From the IMG/VR virus record IMGVR_UViG_2778261593_000004, positions 1 to 12,717 of that record: a stretch of 12,717 bases of DNA; one strand, 5' to 3'. Position 1 is the stretch's first letter. Each line of letters begins with the position of its first letter. Below are positions 1 to 7,014 of this stretch, in pieces. Position numbers and translations under genes: made by a program. This DNA comes from a virus. Taxonomy: Duplodnaviria; Heunggongvirae; Uroviricota; Caudoviricetes. The notes under the pieces are model-generated. The model did not search any database, was not told the DNA's origin, and worked only from the letters and a program-made list of their open reading frames with translations.

Positions 1-101
1 TAAGTATTCTGCGCAATTTCCCCGACGGTCGCCGGTTCGGTGACGCTTAATTCATTAAACACCACTCTGGCGGTTTCGGTCATATCCTGCTGTTTTAGCA
101 T
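1..101 (-). CDS. Partial CDS (N-terminal 33 codons, continues beyond window start); unknown function
   Basis: ATG at 101..99 preceded by AAGGA-rich stretch; frame open to the window edge (MLKQQDMTETARVVFNELSVTEPATVGEIAQNT...). Hydrophilic, so not holin-like. Lies just downstream of the terminator that follows the Q-like gene. Confidence 0.35.
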   Translation of the reverse strand, partial: MLKQQDMTETARVVFNELSVTEPATVGEIAQNT

Positions 102-224
102 GTCTTTTTTCCTTTTCTGGTTAACGTGACATACCAATAACTCTTGTCGAAAAAGCCAGCAAGCTGAAAGACCGATATTCGGAACCACCAGCGCGTTTAA
201 TGTTCTGTGCCATTTTTCAGGCAT

Positions 225-246
225 AAAAAAACCCGCAAAAAGCGGG
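225..246 (-). terminator. Rho-independent terminator downstream of the Q-like gene (possible tR'-equivalent)
   Basis: Stem cccgc (232-236), loop aaaaa, stem gcggg (242-246); on the minus strand the stem is followed by a run of 7 T (231-225). Located about 80 nt after the Q-like stop. Confidence 0.55.
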
Positions 247-325
247 CTCTTTCAAATGTCCATGTCTGCTATTCGCCTCGCGGTACAGCTTTGCGAAGCG
301 TACCGGAATTGAAGCAGTTTTTACG

Positions 326-892
326 TCAAAAAGCAATAACTTTTTTCTCTATACCAAAAGCCATAACCATTGGTTTGTACAAAATAAATTCTGCCACCTT
401 TAGCCAATGCTCAATGCGTCTTTCACAGGTTCTTAAACTCCATTCCGGGTGTGCATCATTCAGCAGTTCAGCCATTTTGCGCTTAGTCATCCCCCGCCCC
501 ACATAACGCTGACTCAGGACATTGAGCAGCCCGGGATAACCGGCCAGGGCTTCACCAATAACCCTGTCGATTATTAACGCCTCTGAATCGGTACAATGTG
601 CCAGCCAGCTTTTTTGATTGCCGTTGATCATATCCCGCAAAAAAGCCTCAAGTTCAGGTTTGTCCAGGCCCGCTTTTTTCATCCTCCGGAGCGCCTCGTT
701 AATTGCCGTTTTTGTCAGCTTTTTAGAGGTCAGTAATTGGTTGAACATATTTCCCGTCTTACCGCCGCCAATATACGACCAACGCCCCCACATACGCAGT
801 TTCCCCTGGAGCCAGACACTTTCCAGCGTTTTCAGGCGTAAATGCTCACCGCTTTTGCCTGTAATTTCCGGGTATATCATATTTACGCTCAC
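326..892 (-). CDS. Putative late-gene antitermination protein (Q-like)
   Basis: 188-aa ORF. GTG start at 892 overlaps the rusA stop as GTGA (alternative ATG at 880). Sits immediately downstream of rusA and upstream of an intrinsic terminator, the canonical Q position in lambdoid phages. Family assignment is from memory of Q-like prophage antiterminators, not verified. Confidence 0.55.
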   Translation of the reverse strand: MSVNMIYPEITGKSGEHLRLKTLESVWLQGKLRMWGRWSYIGGGKTGNMFNQLLTSKKLTKTAINEALRRMKKAGLDKPELEAFLRDMINGNQKSWLAHCTDSEALIIDRVIGEALAGYPGLLNVLSQRYVGRGMTKRKMAELLNDAHPEWSLRTCERRIEHWLKVAEFILYKPMVMAFGIEKKVIAF

Positions 893-1248
893 TCACTTTC
901 AATTTTGTAAATCTTCACGCCCAGCCGCCCACCAGGAACGACCTGACCGCGCACTATATTGATTTCATCAAACTGCTCGTCGTCTATGAGTAGTCCCGCA
1001 TGCGTCAGCGCATCCAGTGGAGCTTTCAGGATATTGTCCAGGTCACGGCGACGCTTATCCGGTGGCTCTGCAATAATCTTTATCGCCAGCCTTCCGGACA
1101 GGTTTAACTTCAGCCGCTGCTGGCGAACAATGAGCGCCACATCACGGCGATAACGCTCACCGGATTTTGATACAAAATATGTGCTGCCACGACGTCGCCA
1201 GTAGGTGTTCACCGTCGGCGGGTAAGGCAAAACAAACTCTATACACAT
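889..1248 (-). CDS. rusA: Crossover junction endodeoxyribonuclease RusA (Holliday junction resolvase)
   Basis: 119 aa; N-terminal LPYPPTVNTYWRRRG and central DKRRRDLDNILKAPLDALTHAGLL match the RusA pattern (compare K-12 RusA LPWPPSNNRYYR ... [22 protein letters not shown]). ATG at 1248 with AAGAGG 6 nt upstream. Confidence 0.85.
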   Translation of the reverse strand: MCIEFVLPYPPTVNTYWRRRGSTYFVSKSGERYRRDVALIVRQQRLKLNLSGRLAIKIIAEPPDKRRRDLDNILKAPLDALTHAGLLIDDEQFDEINIVRGQVVPGGRLGVKIYKIESE

Positions 1249-1260
1249 CAGTAACCTCTT

Positions 1261-2307
1261 TTACCCGAGCACGCCGGTTGCAAAGGCGTGATCAAGAAAA
1301 CGAAAAATTAAATCAATCTGGGAACCATGCTTTTCTTCGAACGCCAGCGGGTCCGCATGAAGCTCGTTGTGATGCTCCCGACACAGCGGTAGCGTGAAAA
1401 TATCGTGGGCTTTTGTCCCCATTCCGCCCTGACCGTGACCAATCAGGTGATGGGGATCGTCGGCTGGCTTACCACAACACGCACACGGCTGTGTCTTTAC
1501 CCAGCGAGTGTATTTCTCATTTATCCAACGGCGACGTTTAGGCCGCTTCATGAAAGATTCAGGAGACTCCGGATCAACGGCAATACTGACCACCGTCTTT
1601 TCCTGTGGCGGGTTTTGCTGGTGGGCGTGAGGCAGCGGCGCAAGATTTTTTGTGCGCTGCTTCATTATGCTGGTGGCAGTCTGCTCTCCCGGTATGATGT
1701 CGCTTTCGCGGTACACTGAGCGGATTTTTTCCGCACGCAACCCCAGAGAACGACGCAATACTGTCTCAGGTAATGCGTCCGCCACCTGATTGCAGACCGC
1801 CCACCAGGATAATTCAGCCAGCGATAATTCCCGCTCCTGTGTGCCATTCATTGCATGGCGTATGACGTCAGTCATCCAGGCTGCCAGGTTTTGTTGAGCA
1901 AGTTGCTCAAGTGATTCGGATGTCTGGTCACGCAGCTGGTTGTCGCAGTGCCAGCACAACACCATTGCGCCGGTACCGTAACGATGTATGACGGTTTCAC
2001 TGTGATGGTAGTCACCATGAGGCCACTGGCAGGATTTGACATGACGCAGGAGCCAGTCAGACAGTGCACCAGCGCCGCCGGCAGCACGAATCACCCGCTC
2101 ATCGCTGAAAAATGGCAGTAATGATTTATCTTCCGCCAGCGGCTGGCGAACGGCGGGAACAACTCCGGACGGCAGACCGCGCATGCTTTTTGGCTCCGGT
2201 TCAACCAGCACTCTGCCGTTATGGAATACCTGCATGGATTCACGACCTGGCTTAACGATAACCACCCCAAGTTCCGGCACCAGAACAGGTCGAAGTAATA
2301 CCCGCAC
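1261..2307 (-). CDS. DUF968-like prophage protein (YdfU-like) with C-terminal Cys/His-rich HNH-like motif
   Basis: 348 aa; C-terminal CACCGKPADDPHHLIGHG...LPLCREHHNELHADP metal-binding motif. GTG start 1 nt after the stop of the upstream ORF with GGAGG embedded in that ORF's last codons (translational coupling). Same neighbourhood as ydfU in Qin-type prophages (from memory). Confidence 0.7.
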   Translation of the reverse strand: MRVLLRPVLVPELGVVIVKPGRESMQVFHNGRVLVEPEPKSMRGLPSGVVPAVRQPLAEDKSLLPFFSDERVIRAAGGAGALSDWLLRHVKSCQWPHGDYHHSETVIHRYGTGAMVLCWHCDNQLRDQTSESLEQLAQQNLAAWMTDVIRHAMNGTQERELSLAELSWWAVCNQVADALPETVLRRSLGLRAEKIRSVYRESDIIPGEQTATSIMKQRTKNLAPLPHAHQQNPPQEKTVVSIAVDPESPESFMKRPKRRRWINEKYTRWVKTQPCACCGKPADDPHHLIGHGQGGMGTKAHDIFTLPLCREHHNELHADPLAFEEKHGSQIDLIFRFLDHAFATGVLG

Positions 2308-2308
2308 G

Positions 2309-2581
2309 TTACCTCCAGATGCGTTGCTGGAATGTGCGGGACGGACGCGGTGGGCGTTCGGAATAAGGGAGTCTGACGTAGATTATCCAGTGACGATAAT
2401 CGAGGCTGAGGGCTTTCCTAAACTCATACCCACGTCTGCGGTAGTTATGAATCAGCCATTCGGCCTGTTCTTCAGTGCAGGGGTCGTGCTGATACCAGTC
2501 ATATTTGAATGTGTGAGAACACCGCCCGTGCCTGCTGGCACGAACGGTATCAGAATTGTGTAATTTGGTCTTGTGCGCCAT
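2309..2581 (-). CDS. Small prophage protein (90 aa), rem-like by position only
   Basis: ORF with ATG at 2581, stop TAA directly abutting the downstream GTG start; basic, Cys/His-containing. Weak RBS. Identity not recognised. Confidence 0.5.
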   Translation of the reverse strand: MAHKTKLHNSDTVRASRHGRCSHTFKYDWYQHDPCTEEQAEWLIHNYRRRGYEFRKALSLDYRHWIIYVRLPYSERPPRPSRTFQQRIWR

Positions 2582-2629
2582 CTGTTTTCTCTGCTGGCGC
2601 AGCAGGTGCCAGTTGTTCAGGCTAGCGCG

Positions 2630-2675
2630 ACAGATTGTAACTCATAAATAATAAAAAAGACAAAATCTGCCAAAA
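2630..2675 (-). promoter_or_regulatory. Candidate sigma70 promoter for the 90-aa/ydfU-like/rusA/Q gene string
   Basis: On the minus strand: TTGTCT, then about 18 bp of AT-rich spacer, then TACAAT, in the AT-rich gap between the 273-aa gene stop and the 90-aa ORF start. By-eye match only. Confidence 0.25.
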
Positions 2676-2695
2676 AAAACTAAAAACAAGTTCGG

Positions 2696-3517
2696 TTAAG
2701 ACACCTTCCTGAAAATTACTAGCGGTGTCATACCATAGGAAGTTTCGCTCCTCCCAATCATTCCACGAATACCTTCAAGCATATAGTCTATTGTGCCTCT
2801 GATTTCGTCAGAAGGAAATATTGACTCTGAAACTGTCTCGTCACTTATATCCGGGAGCGCATCTATAACACCGATGACATACCATTCACCAGGTATTCTG
2901 GAACCATACTTTAATGCAAGATTTCCCACATCTAAAGCTAAATCATCAGCCTTGACCGACATCCAGAATATATTTTCTTGATCGTCAAGAAGCTCTATCT
3001 GTGTAGAGAACGGGAGCAAAGAAAACATGTCAGCAGCCATTTTAGCATGATAAATTTCTTCTTGAATATCTTTTTTCTGAGCTGGTGATTTAGTCTGCTT
3101 TAGTTCTTTTTGTTTTGCATCTTTATATATAGGGAGAACATCATGAGCCATTTTCACATCAAATAATTTGATATGCCCTTTTACCATCACCAGACTTCCA
3201 ATTTCTGCATTTTCTAAGCTCGTTGCCACCAAGCCTTGTTCGTGCAACTTATCAAAAAAATTTAATGGTAAAGACCATGATGAGTCAAAATGCCGCTCTT
3301 GCGTTTTTGCAAAAGAATCCCCCGCATTTTTCCTGGCATTAAATAATGAAACGCCACCTTTAAGTTCATTTAATGAATGCTCAGAACTGGACGAGATTTG
3401 TTTTACAGCATTCAATACTCCTGATGGAAATAATTGCGCAGTGAAGTAACCTACGCGCTCTTTGTCAAGATAAAGGTAATCAAATAGTGAATCTACGGCT
3501 TGACAATCTTGATCCAT
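2696..3517 (-). CDS. Hypothetical protein, 273 aa, unknown function (AT-rich cargo gene)
   Basis: Long ORF. Start chosen at ATG 3517 (MDQDCQAVDS...) because GAGGAG lies 7 nt upstream; the track's upstream ATGATG at 3586 has no SD. No transmembrane stretch or recognisable catalytic motif seen. Visibly lower GC than flanking phage genes. Confidence 0.7.
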   Translation of the reverse strand: MDQDCQAVDSLFDYLYLDKERVGYFTAQLFPSGVLNAVKQISSSSEHSLNELKGGVSLFNARKNAGDSFAKTQERHFDSSWSLPLNFFDKLHEQGLVATSLENAEIGSLVMVKGHIKLFDVKMAHDVLPIYKDAKQKELKQTKSPAQKKDIQEEIYHAKMAADMFSLLPFSTQIELLDDQENIFWMSVKADDLALDVGNLALKYGSRIPGEWYVIGVIDALPDISDETVSESIFPSDEIRGTIDYMLEGIRGMIGRSETSYGMTPLVIFRKVS

Positions 3518-3659
3518 TGGCATGCTCCTCTTTGATCCTTGCTTTTTCCTCAGCAATTTTTCTTTGCTTTTCTTCGATTTCATCATACATCAATTGCATT
3601 TCAGTGATGTCGAACGGCTTTGAACCACTTTTAAGCAATCTCACCAGTTTGCGGATCAT
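3480..3659 (-). CDS. Small ORF (59 aa) overlapping the start of the 273-aa gene
   Basis: ATG at 3659 with GAGGAG 7 nt upstream; MIRKLVRLLKSGSKPFDITEMQLMYDEIEEKQRKIAEEKARIKEEHANGSRLSSRRFTI; stop at 3480 overlaps the downstream start by 38 nt in another frame. Below the track's length cut-off. A promoter-like AT-rich stretch lies upstream (about 3665-3760, minus strand). Confidence 0.3.
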   Translation of the reverse strand: MIRKLVRLLKSGSKPFDITEMQLMYDEIEEKQRKIAEEKARIKEEHANGSRLSSRRFTI

Positions 3660-3770
3660 TGCGTATCTCCTCTTAAATATCGTTCAAATTATGTTCAAAC
3701 AAATTCTCAAACACAACAATGTAATGCATCAATATTTGGGTGCGTTGAGGATGCCTGACACATCAGAGGT

Positions 3771-3792
3771 GGCGAGGGATTTCTCCCTCGCC
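3771..3792. other. Perfect 9-bp stem-loop immediately 3' of hok (hok mRNA 3' structure)
   Basis: ggcgaggga (3771-3779), loop tttc, tccctcgcc (3784-3792); 8 nt downstream of the hok stop on the minus strand; no U-tract follows, so not a canonical intrinsic terminator. Confidence 0.45.
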
Positions 3793-3799
3793 AGGTCTC

Positions 3800-3955
3800 T
3801 TACTCCTCAGGTTCGTAAGCTGTGAAGACAGCGACCTCCGTCTGGCCGGTTCGGATTCGTACCTCACAGAGGTCTTTCCTCGTTACCAGTGCCGTCGCTA
3901 TGACGGTTAAACAGATGACGATCAGGGCGATTAACATCGCCTTTTGCTGCTTCAT
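3800..3955 (-). CDS. hok: Hok-family type I toxin (HokD/RelF-like), 51 aa
   Basis: Translation MKQQKAMLIALIVICLTVIATALVTRKDLCEVRIRTGQTEVAVFTAYEPEE is an essentially exact Hok-family sequence. Below the ORF-track length cut-off, so found by manual translation. Confidence 0.9.
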   Translation of the reverse strand: MKQQKAMLIALIVICLTVIATALVTRKDLCEVRIRTGQTEVAVFTAYEPEE

Positions 3956-4011
3956 AGCCTGCTTCTCCTTGACCTTTCGGTCCGTAAGAGGCTAATCTCT
4001 ATGTGTCGCAT
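3952..4011 (-). CDS. Short leader ORF (19 codons) translationally coupled to hok (mok-like)
   Basis: ATG at 4011..4009, MRHIEISLLRTERSRRSRL, TGA stop overlapping the hok ATG (ATGA). Hok loci normally carry an upstream overlapping reading frame (mok) that controls hok translation. Confidence 0.4.
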   Translation of the reverse strand: MRHIEISLLRTERSRRSRL

Positions 4012-4075
4012 AGATATGGCCTCAGATTAATGTTAAGCGTCTTGCCGGACGCCGAATGTTAACTGGGGCTTTTCT
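3969..4075 (+). ncRNA. Candidate Sok-like antisense RNA with its promoter (boundaries approximate)
   Basis: Plus-strand TTGACC (3969-3974), 18-bp spacer, TAATCT (3993-3998), giving a transcript antisense to the hok leader/mok-like start; downstream nested inverted repeats (4033-4062) and ctatctgcc/ggcagatag (4073-4109). The 3' end is not defined by a clean terminator. Confidence 0.3.
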
Positions 4076-4511
4076 CTATCTGCCTTTTGGTGTTCATGCC
4101 TGAGGCAGATAGCCTCAAGCACCCGCAGCAATTCTAACTATCCAATAGATCAATGCCAACTTCTTTTCCTGCAACATCTCTCAACATAAGTGACCAAAAT
4201 TCACCCAATCAGCACAAAAGAAACATTTAAAGCGTGAATGCTACCGAACGTTCATTTCAATTACATCGTTTTGATTTTTAACAGTTTTCACCTCAACAAA
4301 TCAAATGGCATTAGCATTCATCATGGAAGAAAGACTGATAAAAATGATCATTTTCAATGACTTATGATCACACCGGGTATTGCCAAGTCATTCCTTTTAC
4401 GCCAGGATACCCACAAGTAAGTAGTCGAGGAGAGTTTGCCAATTTTTGCGATATAAATTTCAATGTCCGAAGAACCATTAATTGTTAATTGATTCTGTAT
4501 AAGGTTTTAAC

Positions 4512-5609
4512 ATGACAATTTCATATATTCCTATTCTGAAAGCGAAGCGTTCTGAGTTATCAGCTTTATCGCAGCTATCCATTGAAAAGAAATCAAAAAT
4601 TTTGCCATTACTCGAAATTGAACCAGTGCCAATTGACCCTGATTCAGGTATTGCCTTAAAGAGTTATAACGAGACTCTTATAGAGTTCGGAAAGAAAGTC
4701 TCAAAATCTTGCTCAGATATGCAAGGTGTTTATATTGATGGATTATTAATTGAAGAGCATTTTATTTCGCCTGAAGATCATTACCCTATAATAAATGCGG
4801 TTAATCAAGTTAGAGATATGGGGATAAGAGTTATTCCTGTCAGTTCACCAACTCGCCCATCTAACTATAAAAGAGCGATTGATGAATTAATACAGAATGA
4901 AATATGCTTGAGATTAACCACGTTAGATCTGGTTAACCCACAATTAATAACGCATTACATTCATCATCTGGGAATTCCTTTATCAAATATTGATATAATT
5001 ATTGACTTAAGAGATGAGTTAACCGAGGATAAACTTAATTCCGGCGAACTATATACTTTGGCAATGGGATTGATAAACAATCTGGCGCACCTCAATGAAT
5101 ACAGAAAAGTGATTCTTTCTGGGGGTTCATTTCCTACAGATCTCAGTGATATTTCTGTTGGTCTATATTCTCAACCTCGAATCGAGTGGATTTTATGGCA
5201 GAGTTTAATGAATAGAAAAGAACTTGCCAGAAATGTGATTTATAGTGATTATGGAGTACAGCACCCCGACTTTAATAGGCTTTCGACGCGATTCCCTAGC
5301 GTATCTGCCAGCGTCAGATACTCTGGAGATAATGACTTTTGGGTATTTCGAGGAAGAGTAGCTAATCGCTTTGGTTATGAACAATATGGTAAACATAGTG
5401 AGGATATTCTTGCTCATCGAGAATATTCAGGGCCTACATTCTGTGCGGGAGATAGAGACATAGAATATTATGCAAACGAGTATCAAGCCTACAAAGCCAA
5501 TCCCTCTGGTAACTATAAATTTGGTAGCCCAGAGGTATGGCGTAGGATTGGGCAAAACCATCACATAACTAAGGTTGTTGAGCAACTCGCCACTCTTTAC
5601 GGGCTTTAA
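4512..5609 (+). CDS. Beta-protein family protein (sce7725-like), 365 aa
   Basis: ATG 4512 with AAGG 7 nt upstream; N-terminus MTISYIPILKAKRSELSALS matches the Y-x-P-I-L-K opening I associate with the Pfam Beta_protein family (memory, unverified). AT-rich; the only sizeable plus-strand gene between 326 and 10249. Confidence 0.8.
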   Translation: MTISYIPILKAKRSELSALSQLSIEKKSKILPLLEIEPVPIDPDSGIALKSYNETLIEFGKKVSKSCSDMQGVYIDGLLIEEHFISPEDHYPIINAVNQVRDMGIRVIPVSSPTRPSNYKRAIDELIQNEICLRLTTLDLVNPQLITHYIHHLGIPLSNIDIIIDLRDELTEDKLNSGELYTLAMGLINNLAHLNEYRKVILSGGSFPTDLSDISVGLYSQPRIEWILWQSLMNRKELARNVIYSDYGVQHPDFNRLSTRFPSVSASVRYSGDNDFWVFRGRVANRFGYEQYGKHSEDILAHREYSGPTFCAGDRDIEYYANEYQAYKANPSGNYKFGSPEVWRRIGQNHHITKVVEQLATLYGL

Positions 5610-6147
5610 GTTTAACTCGAACAGCTTCACGAAGCTCGCCAACATCCATACTATTGGCGAGTTTTGACCATAAGACGCGTTTAGGTTTATTTTTCAAATT
5701 CTGTAGCTCCCCTACATCACTTAATAGGGAAAGCAATTCATCTTTCCAAAGAAGCATTGTTAAGGAAAGTTTGTCCACTTGTGGATTCAACTTGCTAGTT
5801 CGAATTGTTTTTAAATGGATACCTTGCCGTGCACCTTGCGTAACTTGCTTTATCCCCCACCATGATGGAACTATGCTTAAAGCATCATAAAGATGGCAAT
5901 CAGAGACAACCAACGTTACTTTATCCATCACTGATGAGTAATGTTGCACCTGCGCTGGTAATCTGAGCAAGTTATCACTCTTGCTCTTCAACTCATAACC
6001 ATGTATAAGTCCATTGATCACTGCTATATCAGCTCTGCTAGCCCCTAGATTCATCGTAAACTCATCAATGATTAGGGTGTCAGGATCTTTATGATGATCT
6101 CTCAGAATCTTGGCATGCACAGCCTTTCTTACATCAATGTCTCTCAT
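5569..6147 (-). CDS. PD-(D/E)xK nuclease-fold protein (sce7726-like), 192 aa
   Basis: N-terminal region shows hydrophobic-D (TLIIDEF), RADIAVING, then HGYELKSKSD: a D ... E-x-K arrangement typical of restriction-endonuclease-fold nucleases. Weak SD. 3' end overlaps the convergent Beta-protein gene by 41 nt. Confidence 0.75.
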   Translation of the reverse strand: MRDIDVRKAVHAKILRDHHKDPDTLIIDEFTMNLGASRADIAVINGLIHGYELKSKSDNLLRLPAQVQHYSSVMDKVTLVVSDCHLYDALSIVPSWWGIKQVTQGARQGIHLKTIRTSKLNPQVDKLSLTMLLWKDELLSLLSDVGELQNLKNKPKRVLWSKLANSMDVGELREAVRVKLKARKEWRVAQQP

Positions 6148-6179
6148 ACCATAGTTGCGCTTTCATCGACTCTCTCAAG

Positions 6180-6198
6180 CCATGATTCTATATCATGG
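6180..6198. promoter_or_regulatory. Palindromic candidate operator upstream of the nuclease-fold gene
   Basis: ccatgat-tctat-atcatgg, perfect 7-bp arms, centred about 40 bp upstream of the ATG at 6147. Confidence 0.3.
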
Positions 6199-6452
6199 TT
6201 CGCATGAATGCCATTTGATATGACCAGTGGTTAAACATTGCACAGAAAAGTGGATGTGTATTTTAACAAAAGCAATGACGGCTAACCATGTTGGTATGTC
6301 GATAAAATGTTTCAACGTAAGCATTATCTGTTCCGCCCTTTCAGACGGCCTCCTGATGTTCTGAGGGTGCAGAATCCCTCCGGTTAAGGATTTAATAAAA
6401 TTCACTTCTGATTTAAATTTTCAGTATTTTGTTGTCAGGTAGTTTATCGCCT

Positions 6453-6764
6453 TTATGCTTCAGCCTTATTTCTCAGCCATACACAAACAGGACCATCTTC
6501 AGTGTCATGAATGGAACCAATGAACCAGCCATCACCTTCCGGGCGCTCCGGTTTCCAGGAGGCAATATCGGGACCATCTGCGTCCAGATTAAAATTATCT
6601 TCATCCATAGTTCTGATGGTCCATTGAAGATTATTTTCCTCCATCCATGCGTTAAACTCTTCCGTTGAAATATGTTCTCTACCATCACAGAATTTTTCAT
6701 ACTCAGGATGCGTCCAGCAGCCATATTCATCACGTATTACTGGTATTTCTCTAATTTCATTCAT
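6453..6764 (-). CDS. Strongly acidic small prophage protein, 103 aa, unknown function
   Basis: ORF with about 26 Asp/Glu versus about 9 Lys/Arg by hand count; 8-nt overlap with the upstream ORF suggests coupling within the nin-like gene string. Confidence 0.55.
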   Translation of the reverse strand: MNEIREIPVIRDEYGCWTHPEYEKFCDGREHISTEEFNAWMEENNLQWTIRTMDEDNFNLDADGPDIASWKPERPEGDGWFIGSIHDTEDGPVCVWLRNKAEA

Positions 6765-7014
6765 TTCTGTTCTCCCACGTTTTCAGACTTTCACCACAGA
6801 ACGGGCAAAAGCACATTGCAACGCCACGACCGATATATTGCCCAGAGTGAATTTGAGCAATATCTAAGCCTGACTCGCCAGTGTTTATGTTCACACGCTC
6901 CGGGATAAATATCCCTTTACTCTTGAACGTTGGATTTCCATATTCGAGAGATTTTGATAACGCCGCGCACGGCTCTATCTGATTGCCATTAATCTGACAT
7001 TTTGATTCACTCAT
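6757..7014 (-). CDS. Small Cys-rich (zinc-ribbon-like) protein, 85 aa
   Basis: Cys pairs near both ends (SKCQINGNQIEPC ... CFCPFCGE); ATGA overlap with the upstream ORF. Confidence 0.5.
   Translation of the reverse strand: MSESKCQINGNQIEPCAALSKSLEYGNPTFKSKGIFIPERVNINTGESGLDIAQIHSGQYIGRGVAMCFCPFCGESLKTWENRNE

Noticed and set aside
207-506. 99-aa plus-strand ORF
   Set aside because: Spans the terminator hairpin and runs antisense into the Q-like gene; no RBS.
618-1397. Plus-strand ORFs (618-962, 959-1153, 1167-1397)
   Set aside because: Entirely antisense to the Q-like, RusA and ydfU-like genes, which have far better family support; Ser/Arg-rich translations typical of GC-rich antisense frames.
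3487-3825. 112-aa plus-strand ORF
   Set aside because: Antisense to the start of the 273-aa gene, the 59-aa ORF and the hok 3' hairpin; low-complexity Leu/Ser/Ile-rich translation typical of AT-rich antisense frames; no RBS.
5205-5890. Short ORFs inside the Beta-protein and nuclease-fold genes (5205-5417, 5427-5645, 5654-5890)
   Set aside because: Antisense or out-of-frame within better-supported genes; hydrophobic or low-complexity translations; no RBS.
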